From assembly GCF_018350175.1 (NCBI RefSeq), contig NC_058368.1, positions 153,390,001 to 153,454,000 of the forward strand: a DNA stretch of 64,000 nucleotides. The letters are read 5' to 3'. The notes beneath the pieces were generated by a model that saw only the letters and a program-made list of their open reading frames with translations, searched no databases and was not told the DNA's origin. Within the stretch, counting starts at the first letter, position 1. Each line of letters opens with the position of its first letter. This DNA is from Felis catus. Lineage: Eukaryota. This document shows, one piece after another, positions 50,273-63,829 of this stretch. Made by a program: the position numbers and the translations under genes.

Positions 50273-50616
50273 AATACCAGCTTTTCAGATTCCCTTTTGT
50301 GACCTTGTTTTTCAAGAAATACTGTGAATAACTTTACACTTGCTCATAAATAGTATTAATTAAATAAGTAAAAATTTTTCAAGTGCAATTTAAAGAACTT
50401 GTGCACATAAAATTAAGACATACTTCTGTACAGTATAAACTAGTTACATGACAGAATTTCAGTCCTGAGTTTTTGATATTTATACTTGGTTTTGAGAGAC
50501 TTACACAGTAAAGTGATCACCTTTTTCTTAGTATAAAAGATTTCCAAAAAATAAATCATATTTGTCTCTGTTCAATAAAATTTAAATTAATTTTTTCAGA
50601 TCTAGAAAAGTTTGAG

Positions 50617-50621
<5 letters not shown>

Positions 50622-50663
<42 letters not shown>
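50622..50663. repeat. (TG)n microsatellite
   Basis: Perfect tandem run. Confidence 0.95.
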
Positions 50664-50666
<3 letters not shown>

Positions 50667-51654
50667 TTGTGTGTTTAATATCAGAAATTTTTTAACTACA
50701 CTAAGAAAAAGGGGAAGGGAGCTGGAAATAACTTTGTTAGTGTCTCCTTTGTACTCAGCATTGTGCAAGATCTTTTAGGTAGGTGGTCTCCTTTACTCCC
50801 CACAGCCACCCTTCATATTAGGCAGTGTTAACTCAGTTTTAACTGTCCCAGGAATTAAGTCTAAGACATTAAGGACACAAATGTGAATGTTTTGGGGGAA
50901 AGGTAACTTTATTTTAACAGAGTGATTGCAATTGCTCATTTATGAAGTTATCCTAGAAAAACTGATTTAACAGATTTTTTTCGATCTTTTTCTTCTGTAG
51001 TGACTGACTTTTATCATTGTTAGAGTATGTAGGTATTTGATTTAATTTTACTTTTGGGACAATGAAAGGCAGAGTCATTTGTGTTCTTTCCTACCATACT
51101 TTTGTTCATTACTGTGTCTTCAGTAACCAAAGGAAGCATTAAATGTTAAGTAGATGCTCAATGAGTTTTAATAGAAAGAAAAGGGAAAGAGAAAGGAAAG
51201 AGAGAGGGGGAAAGAGGAAGGAAGGAAGGAAGGAAGAAAAAGAAGGGAGAGGAGATAATTTGCTGCTTGGCACATACAAGGCTTTGGTAAAGATACAGTA
51301 AGAAGTTTCACCTATGACATTGGGGTATTGGGGAAGTGAGGTGGTGAAGAGTTAACATTTATCAGAATTTGTTATATGCCATGCACTGTTAGGTACTTTA
51401 CACCTGTAACTTTCTAAATGTTACTTTATACCTGTAACTTGCTAATGTTTTACACGTATAAAAAGTTTTACAAGTTACAGGTGTAACTTTCTAAAATGAC
51501 CAAGTGAGGCATTTTTTATTGTTTCCATATTTACAGATGAGAAAATTGTGCTTAGCTTGGTTAAATTGTTTATCCAATGTTAACACAACTCACAAGTGGC
51601 ACAGTCAAGATTTGAATCTTTATCTGCCTGATTTAAAAGACCTATATAAATTTA

Positions 51655-51982
51655 TTCACTCATTCATTTAGCAAACATTCACTGAATGATGTATCATTCT
51701 TCTCGGAGAACCTCACTTCTTCTCATACCTTACAATATCACAAATAGGACAAATAACCCCCAAAGTATTTCTTCAGTCAAACCTTTCCTCTCAACTCTAG
51801 ACTTGTATACCCGCATGCCTTTTTGACATTCCCACTTGGCACCCTGTACATACTTCAAACTAATATGCACAAATAAAATTCTAGATTTTAGCCCCAAATG
51901 TATCTTTTCTTGGGTATTTATTTTCTCCGAAAATTACACAACTATCAATATAGCTAATAAAATCAAAAAACTTCTTTCTTTT

Positions 51983-52051
<69 letters not shown>

Positions 52052-52545
52052 TCTCAAATCTTAGCCTCATATTTTACCTGAGTTTATATGATCTGTCCCC
52101 TGCCTCCATCTTTATTTCTATCTTGCTTCCCATTTGCTAGTCATGCAGGCATTCTGGTAGTTTTGAGAATGGATCAAGCTCTTCCTTAAAAAAGGATTTT
52201 GTACTTGCTATCATCTTCCTAGAATGTTTCCTCCATTGTTTCTTTCAGGTCTTAGCTTAAATGAAAACTCCTCAGAGAAATTTGGTCTTGACAAGCCATA
52301 ATTAAAAAAAAAAAGTACATCCCTTGTTATTCTCTATATCATAGTACTCTGTTCATTTTCTTCCTAGTACTTGGAACAGTCTGGACTTATTTTACTGCTT
52401 TGTTTACTTGTTAAGTTTGTCTTCACATAGACTAAGTTCCATGACTCACTGAATTTCTCTTTCTAGTTCATTGCTGCAAACTTGTGAGGACCTAGCCCCG
52501 GGCTTGGTACTTAGAATAAATATGATAGATACTGGCTGAATCAAC
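51655..52545. mobile_element. Degenerate L2 fragments with (TTTC)n
   Basis: 'attcattcatttagcaaacatt' L2 tail, L2-like body text, and a microsatellite at 51980-52050. Confidence 0.5.
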
Positions 52546-53269
52546 AAATAATGTTCAACAGAACCTCTTAAAGGATTCCTGTGAATTCTGAATGCTTTCT
52601 CTGGAGCCCACAATTATATCCATTTTACAAACAGGAACTATTTTGTGTCTACCAGAATTTTGTCTTCAGCCTCTTTTATTTTCTCTTATAGCTCTCCATG
52701 GAATAGAGACTACTAAATCTAACCCTTTATCCCAGACATTTCTTTTAATATTAGGTGCAGTGTTACTGTGAGTATTCTGGGTATAATGCAGGTAACTTAA
52801 ACATTTTTTCAAAGGCAAACTGTGATTTTCTCACAAATTCTTTTCTTTCTGTATAATATATCTTAATTGATGTCAACACAGTTCACCTGGTCCACTAAAT
52901 CTGCTAGCAGTGTGAGTCCTCACTGACTACTATTCTGTTTCATCCTGTATCTAATCAGTGAAGTACAGCCAATGCTAGCTCAGATATGTCTCTCAATCTG
53001 ATTACTTATCATACCCTTGCTGCCTATGCTATAGCTCCTTGTCACAGTCCATCTAAGAGAACTTTCATCTGTTTGTTTGCAGGAGAAATTCTAAACTCTT
53101 TCTCACAACATGCCCTGCCATGCTTATCCTTCAGGAATTACCTGAAATATTTTCTGTGTAAGGCTTGATGGTCACTCTCTTTTCTGAGATCCCACACTTC
53201 ATTGTGCATATGTTTAATTGACCACTGATACTGAATTGTGATCTGTCCACTAAATATTGGACTTTCATT

Positions 53270-53692
53270 TTTTAAATTTATTTTTTAAGTTTTTATTTAA
53301 ATGCCACTTAGTTACAATACAGTGTAATATAAGTTTCAAGTGTGCAATATAGTTATCCAACACTTCCACAAGACACCTGGTTCTCCATCACAAGTGCCCT
53401 CCTCAGTTCTCATCACCTGTTTCACCCATCCCCCTCCCCTCTCTGATAACCATCAGTTCTCTATAGTTAAGAGTCTGTTTCTTGGTTTTCCACTCGCTTT
53501 CTTTTTTCCCTCCCTTTGCTCATTTGTTCTGTTTCTTAAATCCCACATATGAGTGAGATCCTGTGGTATTTGTTTTTCTCTGACTGACTGATTTCACTTA
53601 GCACGGTACTCTCCAGCTTCATCCATGTCATTGCAAATGGCAAGATTTTTATTTTTTATGGCTCAGTAATATTCATACCCCACATCTTCTTT
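53270..53692 (-). mobile_element. Carnivore LINE-1 3' end
   Basis: Reverse-strand L1 3'UTR and ORF2 tail. Confidence 0.8.
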
Positions 53693-54121
53693 TAAATATT
53701 TGGCTCTTACAAAGCAGGATCTGACTGACTCCAGCATCAAGCAAGGTGCTTTTTGCATTATGGTGTTTAATGACTATTTTAAAAAATAAATGATGATCAG
53801 AGACATCATATGGGTTCTCCAAGTTAAAATGCCTTGTGTGGAAGATTTGCACTTAAGTTCTCTCTTTTGCCTTGTGTAGTGTTGGCATAAAGAGACACTT
53901 TCAGGAGGAGATTTTATACCTTTCTGTGATATACAGCATTTCTTCCCTCTGTCCTATATATTAATCCCAAATTTGTAACCTAAAGAAAAATAACATGCTT
54001 CTTATGCAAACAGAGCCCAAGATTAGCCCTGCCTTCCAAGCATTTCACCCAAGTTCCTTCTATAAAATGACATTCTGAACTTGCTTATTTAGATTATGTT
54101 ATGTACACTTCATAATTAATT

Positions 54122-54335
54122 TAAAATTTTTTTTAACGTTTATTTATTTTTGAGACAGAGAGAGACAGAGCATGAACGGGGGAGGATCAGAGAGAGGGAG
54201 ACACAGAATCTGAAACAGGCTTCAGGCTCTGAGCTGTCAGCACAGAGCTTGACATGGAGCTCGAACTCACGGACTGCAAGATCATGACCTGAGCCGAAGT
54301 TGGCTGCCCAACCGACTGAGCCACCCAGGTGCCCC
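54122..54335 (-). mobile_element. CanSINE
   Basis: TSD acttcataattaattt. Confidence 0.92.
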
Positions 54336-54417
54336 TACTTCATAATTAATTTAAATATGAAGATTAGTATAGTGCAGTAAAGACTGATGAAAAACTCTCT
54401 GTCATAAGGGAATTCAT

Positions 54418-54418
54418 A

Positions 54419-54468
<50 letters not shown>
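54418..54468. repeat. Compound (TG)n(TA)n microsatellite
   Basis: Tandem run. Confidence 0.9.
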
Positions 54469-54470
<2 letters not shown>

Positions 54471-54534
54471 TCTTTTTCAGTCATCAGATATGAGATTGTG
54501 ACTTACAAGAACAGGTTAGATGAACTATCCACTT

Positions 54535-54732
54535 TATTTATTTAAAAAATTTTTAATGTTTATTTATTTTTGAGAGAGAGAGAGGTGGGGGAGGGGCAGA
54601 GAGAGAGGGAGACACAGAATCTGAAGCAGGCTCCAGGCTCCGAGCTGTCAGCACAGAGCCCAGTGTGGGGCTCCAACTCACCAACTGCGAGAGCTGGACC
54701 TGAGCTTTATCGACTGAGCTACCCAAGCGCCC
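54535..54732 (-). mobile_element. CanSINE
   Basis: Head, body and tail with a small deletion. Confidence 0.88.
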
Positions 54733-54984
54733 TGACCTCTCTGCTTTTGAACAAACATGAGATCATTTATGTCATGTGGATTTTCATGCATATGTTCCCT
54801 TTAACAACTCATTAGTAAGTTCATTGTAGATCAATAAACTAATATGGGAATAAACTATTTTCAAAACATTAGGGCAGTTTTTATGTTAGGTTGGTTATTA
54901 AATATTATATGATATTCTTACAAATCGAATGTTATCTCCCATGGGATTTTATTTAGGTTCAGTAAATATCTTTGTAGACTAAAA

Positions 54985-55308
54985 CAGGAGTTGGAAACTG
55001 TGGCCAGTGGGCCAAATACAGCTTACCACCTGTTTTGTATAGCTGCAAACTAAGAATAATTTTTGAGTTTTTAAGTGGCTGACAAAAATTAAAAGAAGAG
55101 TGACATTTTGTAACCTATGAAAATTATATGAAATTCAAATGACAGTGCTTATAACTAAAGTTTTATTGATACACAGCCATGTTCATGTATGTGTATTCTC
55201 TATGACTGCTTTTGTGGTACAACTGCACAGTTGAGCAGCTGCAAATGGCCTGCAAAGCCTGAAATACTTACCTTCTGGACATTTACAGAAAACATTTGCC
55301 TGCCCCTG
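54985..55308. mobile_element. MER58-like hAT-Charlie non-autonomous DNA transposon
   Basis: Degenerate TIRs caggagttggaaac...tttgcctgcccctg; typical interior 'ggcctgcaaagcctgaaatactta'. Confidence 0.75.
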
Positions 55309-55321
55309 GTTTAAAATACTA

Positions 55322-55708
55322 TAGTCAAGACTGTTCATATTCCCTCAGGTTACACCCCTGTAGTGCAAAGGCCTTGTCACTGAGGGCTTTCTCTGGGTCT
55401 GAGCACCCTTGCCTGTATTCTCAGCAGATCTAAAGTGTCCACAATCAACATTTTTGGGGATCAGTCCTCAACCATGATAATTAGTGGATAAATACTGATA
55501 GGTTAGGCATGTTCAACACCAACAGAGTTTTTTTTTTTTTTTTTTAGGGGCTATCAAGTCTGATTGCCCACAGTGCTAACTTGATAAAACACCCCTCTCT
55601 GACTTCCCACCCCACCACAGTTTTTCCTGGGATCTCCTCTCAAATGAGCTACTTGCACGAGAATCCTTGATGCAGAGTATGTTTCTGGGTGAAATCCATA
55701 CTAAGACA
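55322..55708 (+). mobile_element. LTR16-like ERVL solo LTR
   Basis: 3' end 'ctacttgcacgagaatccttg...tactaagaca' resembles LTR16. Confidence 0.55.
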
Positions 55709-56730
55709 AATGTGAATTATTTGTGTATATCTATTATTTAGTGTGTCACCTTGATGTATAAGCTACTCAGGTGTGATGAAAAATTTACAACCAAACATTT
55801 GGGCCATTTGTTTCCCTACTTCTAAAGGAAAGACAGGTTTTATTAATTGATAGTTTTATTATGTGTGACATTTATCAGCCAAATTGATCCTGAAAGATGC
55901 AGTTTGATAATTTTCTCATATTTTTCAACATAAATGCCTATTCCAGGGGAGTTATTCTTGAAGTACTGAATTAATTTTTCATATTGTAAAATCTTCCTTT
56001 CATCCTTTGTGAATTTTTTATTTTCTTCTTTTTACTAATAAAACTTCTCTGCTGTGTCTTTAGAACACTCAAATTTTATTTTGCATCAATAATAGATGGA
56101 AACAAACACAGCATAAGAGATGGCCAAGATAATTTTTTCCATATGATAATTAGCTATAGGTACAGGATGTTTAAGAATAAATATTTCATAACCCTGTGGA
56201 AAATGCCCATGTGTTTTCCTTATATATGTCTCATATTATTTCCCTAGTGGTTAGTAAAAATCAGTAGATAGTGTCAGACATAAACCTCTTCCATTTATCC
56301 TTTGTTCAAGATTCTATAGGCATCTATATCTTGAATAAAATTTTAATATTACTGTTTAAATTACATCATATGTTTTTTCATTTTCTTAATGAACATAATA
56401 CTTGATGCCCCTAAACTATTATGAAGTATGGAATAGATATTTAAGATATTTAAATCTTAAATATCTGTAAGATATTTAAATCTTAAATATCTGTAAGATA
56501 TTTAAGATATTTTTTTCAATATCTGAAAAAAAAATGGAGGAATAAAATACTTGTTTTGGCAACGTGAATTGCTTTATTGTCTAAACAAACAGACTGCCTC
56601 AAATTACTTTGAGATTCCCAGGTTTTACCTCTGTAGGTGTGTGTGTGGATGCAGTATATTGTTTAAAGATTTTGGAGACATGGTTATATGAGAAAAAGTT
56701 GAATTATTATGTTTAAAATACTACCATTTG

Positions 56731-56947
56731 TGGGGTGCCTGGGTGGCTCATTCACTTGAGCATCCAACTTTGGCTCAGGTCATAATATTCTGGTTCATGA
56801 GTTTGAGACCCACATCAGGCTTTCTGCTGTCAGCACAGAGCCCGCTTCAGATCCTCTGTACTCTCCTTACACCCCCACCACCACTGTCTGCATCTCCTCT
56901 GCTTGCACTCCCTCTCTTTCAACAATAAAAATAAACATTAAAAAAAA
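56731..56947 (+). mobile_element. CanSINE
   Basis: TSD aaaatactaccatttgtg. Confidence 0.9.
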
Positions 56948-57161
56948 TACTACCATTTGTGTAAAAAAAATGCCCTAGTGTGTATTTAGGATGATACACA
57001 GGAAACTAGCAGTGGTGCTTTTCTTTGTGGAAAGGAATAGAGACTAGGATTAGTGATGACAGGGAGACATAGTTTCGACTCTTTTTCACTGATTTGTGTT
57101 GTTTGTGGTTTTGTTTTTGCCATGTATGTGAATAACTTAATAGGAATTTAAAAAGAAAAGA

Positions 57162-57470
57162 GGGGCACCTGGGTGGCTCAGTTGGTTGAGAGTCTTAACT
57201 CTTGGTTTCGGCTCAGGTCATGATCCCAGGGTTGGGAGATCAAGCCCTGCATCAAGCTCTGTGCTGGACCTGGAGCCTGCTTGAGATTCTCTCTCTGTCT
57301 CCCTCCCTCTGCTCTTCTCCCCTGCTCGCACTCTCCCTATTGAAAAAAGAAAAAGAAAAGAAAAGAAAAGAAAAGAAAAGGAAAGAAAAAGAAAGAAAGA
57401 AAGAAAAAGAAAGAAAAGAAAAGAAAAGAAAAGAAAGAAAGAAAAAGGAGGAAAGAAGGAAAGAAAGGAA
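57162..57470 (+). mobile_element. CanSINE with expanded (GAAA/GAAAA)n tail
   Basis: Head at 57162; purine repeat at 57342-57470. Confidence 0.88.
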
Positions 57471-58299
57471 GGAGACTCTTGGCATTACAGGGACCCAGGT
57501 GTGAATACCTGTGAAGCCATTTACCATGTAATTATATTCACATTTCTTAATCTCTCTGCTCTCATCTATCAAGTGCAGATAATAAAATTATGATACATGA
57601 TTTAAAGCACATAGCATACTGCCTGGCACATAATAAGTCTCCAATAAGTGGTTATATGACCTTACACAATTATTAATGTTTAAGATAATATTCTTCCTTG
57701 ACTCCTTCAAAGGGTAGGCTTTTTGTTTATCCACTCACTTGACACATGTTTTTTGAGCATTGGTATTGACAGGCACAATAATCGGCTGAGGAAGTCATAT
57801 TGCATCACTTCTGCCCTACTCTGTTGGTCAAAGCAGTCACAAGATTTAAAGGGAGGGGATGTAGATTCCACCTGTCATGGGAGCAGTAGCAAAAAATATC
57901 AGTCATCTTCAGTCTACCACAGGCTGCCTTCTGGTTGCAGATTATTTATATCCCTCTCACATGCAAAATATTCCAAGGTCCTACAAAATGTTATTCTGCT
58001 ACAGCATCAGTTCAAAATTAAAGAGCTCTTCATCTGAATCAGATCCAGATGTGGCTGAGGCTCCTCATACATGGTTGAGGTTGTTTGGGTACAGCTCCTT
58101 GAGTTCAGATCCAGTTTCTCTGAAGACTTGTGCATTAAAAAGAGCAGTTATCTGTCCCTCTTTGCCACGCCAGCCCTTCCTGTTGCCACCCTTACATGTA
58201 CCCTGGTAGAACAGAGAGATAAGATCACCAAAGTAGACCTTCCCATTCAAAAGGACAACAGAAAGCCTATAGCACTTAGTGATCAATAGTGGTCAACGT

Positions 58300-59040
58300 A
58301 CATAGAAAAAAGGCTCCCAAAGATGTCCATATCTTAATTCCCAGAACCTGTGAGTATTGTTACCTTACATGACAAAAGGAATGTTTGCAGATATGTTAAA
58401 GTTAAGGAGTTGAGATGGAAGATTATTCTGGATTGTCCAGGTAGGCCAATCTAGTAACCTGAATCCTTAAAAGTGGAAGAGGAAGACAGAAAAGTGAGCC
58501 AGCCAGAGGCTGCTGCTGGCTTTGAAGATGGAGAATGAGGCTATTAGCCAAGGAATGTGATGACCTCTAGAAGCTGGATTAGGCCTTCCATTTACAGCCA
58601 GCACGAAAATAGGGAACTCATTCCTGTAATCTTAGGGTACTGAATTTTGCCAGTAACCAGAACTAGAAGGAAACAGAGCCCTGCTGAAAGCTTGGTTTTA
58701 TTTTGGTAAAGCTCATACTGGGTTTCTGATCCAGAGAACTGTAAGATCATAAATTTGTGTTTATCCACTAAATGTGTGCTAACTTTTGGAGCGCCTGGGT
58801 GGCTCAGTCGGTTAAGTGTCTGACTTTGGCTCAGGTCATGATCTCCTGGCTCTTGAGTTCGAGCCCATGTTGGGTTCTGTGCTGACGGCTCAGAGCCTGG
58901 AGCCTGCTTCGGATTCTGTGTCTCCTTCTCTCTCTCTCTGCCCCCCCTCTGCTTATGCTCTTTCTTTGTCTCTCAAAAATAAATAAACATTAAAAAAAAA
59001 TGTGTGCTAACTTTTTACGGTAGTCATAGGAAACACGTAC
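58300..59040 (+). mobile_element. MLT1 (MaLR) solo LTR, interrupted by a CanSINE
   Basis: 'cccaaagatgtccatatcttaattcccagaacctgtgagta...ctgtaagatcataaatttgtgt' is MLT1D-like. Confidence 0.75.
58788..59000 (+). mobile_element. CanSINE inserted in an MLT1 LTR
   Basis: TSD aaatgtgtgctaactttt. Confidence 0.92.
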
Positions 59041-59631
59041 TCTGACCAGTAACAATTCTGAAATCTATCTGGGCACCAGATCTTCCCTCTGTGTCATTCC
59101 TCCTCATCCATGGCCCGTATGGCGGTGGCCAGAGAAGCCCTCTCCCAACCGTCTGTAGAACAGTGGTAGCACTATGGGCTCTTCTGCCTCATCCCCTTTA
59201 GTCTAAGTTGGGGGTGCTTTTGTTAGTACAATTTTTCTAAAAGTTTTGTGGGCTTTCTATAAATCTTGCTGGGGTTTATTCAGTTAAATAAAAGCCACAT
59301 CCACAAATCTCTGTAAGAGGTCCCTCCCTGGCCTGCCTGCCTGTCAGGGTATGTGAGACAAAGCCCATGTTCATCATAGAAGCCTGTTTGTCTAGTGGAG
59401 AGGGTCAGTTTTTCTGAAGTCTTATCAAAAAGTCTTAGAGCCACATTGAAATAATCTTTACCCTTCTTATTCCTGCTTTGAGGACCTCTTGCCATCTGGA
59501 GAGGCTGGGTACCAAATCACTTTGGTACTTTGTATAGCTTTTCCCTCTGAATGAAATCATAACAAATATTCTTAAATGTGTTGTCTGTTCTTGCCTGCCA
59601 GCTGATTATAACATAGTATAAAGCAATTGTT

Positions 59632-59678
59632 CTTTTTTTTAAAGTTTATTTATTTATTTTGAGGGAGGGGTAGGGGTG

Positions 59679-59730
<52 letters not shown>

Positions 59731-59859
59731 CGCAAGCAGGCTCTGTGCTGTCAGCGCAGCAGAACAGGTCGTGGGGATTGATCCCACTAAACATGAGATT
59801 GTGACCTGAACCAAAATCAAGAGTCGGAGGTTTAACTGAGTGAACCACTCAGATGTCCC
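59632..59859 (-). mobile_element. CanSINE with (GA)n
   Basis: TSD tataaagcaattgtt. Confidence 0.9.
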
Positions 59860-59877
59860 TATAAAGCAATTGTTTGT

Positions 59878-60042
59878 AATTCTTAATACATACCAGAATC
59901 ACTTGGGACTTTACAAATACTGGTACCTGGGTCTTATATGCAGAAATTTCTAATTAATTTGTCTGGGGTGTGGTCTGGACAGTAGTTGTTTTAAAAACTC
60001 CCCAGGTGATTCTAATATGCATCCATGATTGAAAACAGCTGT
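59878..60042. mobile_element. MER5-like DNA transposon
   Basis: 'cagaatcacttggg...ctccccaggtgattctaatatgca'. Confidence 0.65.
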
Positions 60043-63000
60043 CTTTAACATTTTACGATTGTTTTTAATTAAAGCAAGCTTTAAAACATATTTATTTTGT
60101 CTTGAACTTCTAAACTTTCTTTTCTCTGGGAATTTCCTAAAGGACCAAATGAGTGATAAAGAAGTATTGTTAGATTTCCATTTTAGTAAATTATTAAATT
60201 CAGAGTAAAAAACCCATATAACGTTTTAATTTTATAAAGTCATTGTGACACAAATCAAAAATTTCATAGCTATCCTACGAATAGGGTGAATAGATGCTTT
60301 CAATTAAGTCTATGGAAATATTGTTTTTATTTTGTGGTTTTTAAATCGGGCTTCTATATTAGGCACTCTGGGATGATTATCACTTCTTTAGTAAACTGTT
60401 TAGTTTATGGTAGAACATTACATTTTACAAGAATGAAATAATGTGAATAGGACTTCCCCTTGCTGCCTGCAAATTAATGAATCCATAGTTGTCTACATGA
60501 CTATGTGTAGCTTTAAATGTGGAATATTCTGGTTCATTACATGCACTCTTTGTGACCAATGTCTTTTAAAAACTGATTTTGGTTTGCGTCAGAAAGAATG
60601 CTTTTCTTGTTCGGCAGCTGGGTATGAATTTAATTATTGGAAATAAATATGATCTAATGTTTCATTGAGTTTTCTGAATAACAGGATAGTTTGGTCAGCA
60701 TTACTATCTAAAAAGGGCTGGAAGGAAGCCAAATCACACAAGAAGCAAGTGCTCTGGTGAGGAAATTATCAGCAAATTCATGTTCTTTACTCCATTTAAT
60801 GTACAATTAAAAGTGGGTGTAGATTTGTCTGATACTCTCAATGCTTCTGTATCTCATAACTTGGTTACAGAGAAATTTTATGATGCAAAAATTGATGTGT
60901 GTTCTGTGTTTCACCGTGTGAGCTCATAAACAAACACAGTGTATTACTTGTATAAGAAGTGTAAAACTGCTTCTGACAGTGGCAGCTGGATTTGAAGGTG
61001 CGAGACCGGGCAGCGTGTTGCGGTGTGAATGTGTTCTTGGCACTGAAGGTATGTAGGCTGTGGTGAGAAACAATGTTTGAAAGGTATAGAACCGGAAACT
61101 AATCATATAGGAAAAAGAGGCTTTGTTGGATTAGAAAAAGATCAGGCATTGTGAAATTAAAAGAAACTTTTAGAATCCAGCAGTGATTTTAAAAAAAAAC
61201 AACAACAACAAAACAACAACCCTGAAATCTATCCACTGTGCTAGAAGATTATTATTTTGTATTCTTTTTATAGAAAATATGACTTAATTGTTGTCATTTG
61301 AAGAAGTGGTCAAGGAGTATGCAGATTAAAAATGTGGAAAAACAATATTGAAAGTCTGTCATATTTGTCAGCTGTTAAAAATGAATACATCATTATTTTC
61401 TCATTCTAAACAAATACTTCTGTGCCATTTGAAAAAAAAGTATGTAACTCTACAGACCATACAAATATGAGTCTGCCCCTATCATTCTCACTGAGGCAGT
61501 TTACTGTAGTGTGCAGACTTTTCCTTACCTCCTTCCAGATCATAACTTCCTTACACTATCTTATTTCTTCACTCCCGTCTTTAAATCTGTGGTTCTACTG
61601 ATGACTGGTTCATGTCAGGGCTAAATGTCTGTCTATACTGCTTACTGTTTGGGTTTTTCTTCCCTAGTACATGATTGCCTACCGTGTTAATGGCAATTCA
61701 TGTGCTACCTTTCCACTGCAGCTGTGTATACTTTCACAGCGTTGATCTGGAGAGACCAGGCCTTAAACTTCTCCTGGGGTAATTAGTGTGGGAATTTGGG
61801 GACATTGTTAACTGTTACATAAAAGAAAAAGCACCACAGAGGCTTTTAGGACCTCATAAGTCATAGCCATTTTCTCTTCCTGTGTTTGTCTCTACTTGGA
61901 AGCTAAGTTGAGTTGAAATGGACTGATCCAGAATATTGAAATGAAAACATTCAGAAGCCAAAGGGGGTGGTGTGGGAGGGGGAAGAGGTGATGAGAGGGG
62001 AGAGAGGGAGAAAAGAGGCGGGAGAGAGAGGAAAGGAGAGAGTTTGATTTCTAGATTTGCAGTTGGGCAAATAACTGTTAGCTCAGTAGCTAGTAATGGG
62101 GACACCTGCAAACTTCCTTAGGTGTAGGATATGATAATAAGGCTTTCCTGCTGATTCCATTAGTTAACTGACCTCAGGAGGTGATTTACTTCCCTGGAAT
62201 GTAAAAAGGTCATTCCTAATACTTACTAATCAAGGTAGCAAGCTGGCAGTGTGCATGATACCAGTTTCATGAATGATCAAATCGGTTTAAGTTGTGGCTT
62301 ATGCAGCTTTTGAAAGGTATTGTAGTAGTTCTTTGGGTACGGAAAAGCAGAGACCTCAAATAAAAATCTCCCAGGTATTTAAAAAAAGCCATCTAATGAA
62401 ATTTAATTTCTAATATTGAAGGAGGATGGAAAAGTAAATGAAAGTTATATTGATGTTTTAAAATTTAAGCAGAAAAGGGTTATGTTAATTCAGAGATTTA
62501 ATTGTATTATCTGGATCTAGGCAATTTAAAAATTGTAAATGATAGGGGATTGGGAGAGTATTTTTTTTTATAAACTTTATGCCAACAAAGTGCAAGTGAT
62601 ATAAGTAATAAGTGCAGAATAAGTAGTTCCCACTGTGGTAAATCACTGCTTTGGCAAATATAACTTTTTTTGCGTATTATTTGTGTAGGGATATCAGGAA
62701 ACAGTACTATTGAAAATGATCTTAAAATTGTATTACCAAGTCATGATATTAAGTAATGATTGGTAATGAAGTGGATTCTCTGTAGAAACCATTGGGTTTT
62801 GTGTGAGAGTTCAGTAGGGCAAAGTTATCATTGCAAAACTCTGGAACTCATTTACTCACCAGCTTGTGATTAGCTGTGTCATAGTGTGCTACAGGTACCT
62901 GGTTGTTGAGAAAATTGTATACTTCTGCAGTTCAATGCAGAATTCCATGTTGTTGTTTTTTTTGCCCCTAATATTCTTAGTAAGTTCTGTTTGATGTGTT

Positions 63001-63692
63001 GCAAAAGTCTGTCTGTGTGTTAGCATCTGTTCTTTGACTTTCTCATCCGTGAAATGGCATCGTCACATTGGATAGGTGTGATGAAGGGTTCTATTTTGCA
63101 GTATATTTTAAGCATTTTTCCTTAAGGAGCCCAAGAATATACAATTATCCCATTTATTAAGAGACTATCATGTGAGAGACTCCATTGTACAAAATAATAT
63201 GTGTATCACCGAGGTGTTTTTTGCTTTAAGGAACTAAGACTGTGTCTAGTGAGCTTAGGCCAAAAATGGAAATGAATTGAGTCAGAAACAGAGAAAAAAT
63301 TAAAAATGTAAGGCCTTAGGAAGGTCAACAACCAGGGTAGCTTCAGGGATCTCTATGGTAAAAACTCATGGAAAGTCTGTTTAGGGTACTAGAGTTGACA
63401 AAGTCCTTCCACCTTGTGTGACTCTACTCAGGTTTTATATCCTAAGAGAGAAAGGCTGATTGAAAGCGTGGGCTGGAAGTCTTCCCTGGGCCAGTTGCAG
63501 TGGGGAGTAATTTTAACATCGCATAGTCTTGATCATGTGCTTACTCTTTGTTGTAGTAGACCTCTCAGGACTCCATGGAATAGAAACCCTTAGAAAGAAC
63601 AGGGTACTGTTACCAAAACAGATATCCATTACACTAGCAGGACTTGAGTAAATCTCAGAAGAATCAGGTAGTAGGATAAAATAACTAACCTA

Positions 63693-63829
63693 CTGTATTA
63701 GTTTACTAAAGCTGCCATAATAAACTATGTAGACTGGGTGTTTAAAGAACAGGAATTTATTTTCACAATTCTAGAGGCTGGAAGTCCAAGTAAGGCCTTT
63801 CTCCTTGGCTTAAAGATGGTTGTTGTCAA
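63693..63829 (-). mobile_element. MLT1-type LTR end
   Basis: 'tgtattagttt...gctgccataa...agactgggtg...ctagaggctggaagtccaag'. Confidence 0.7.
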
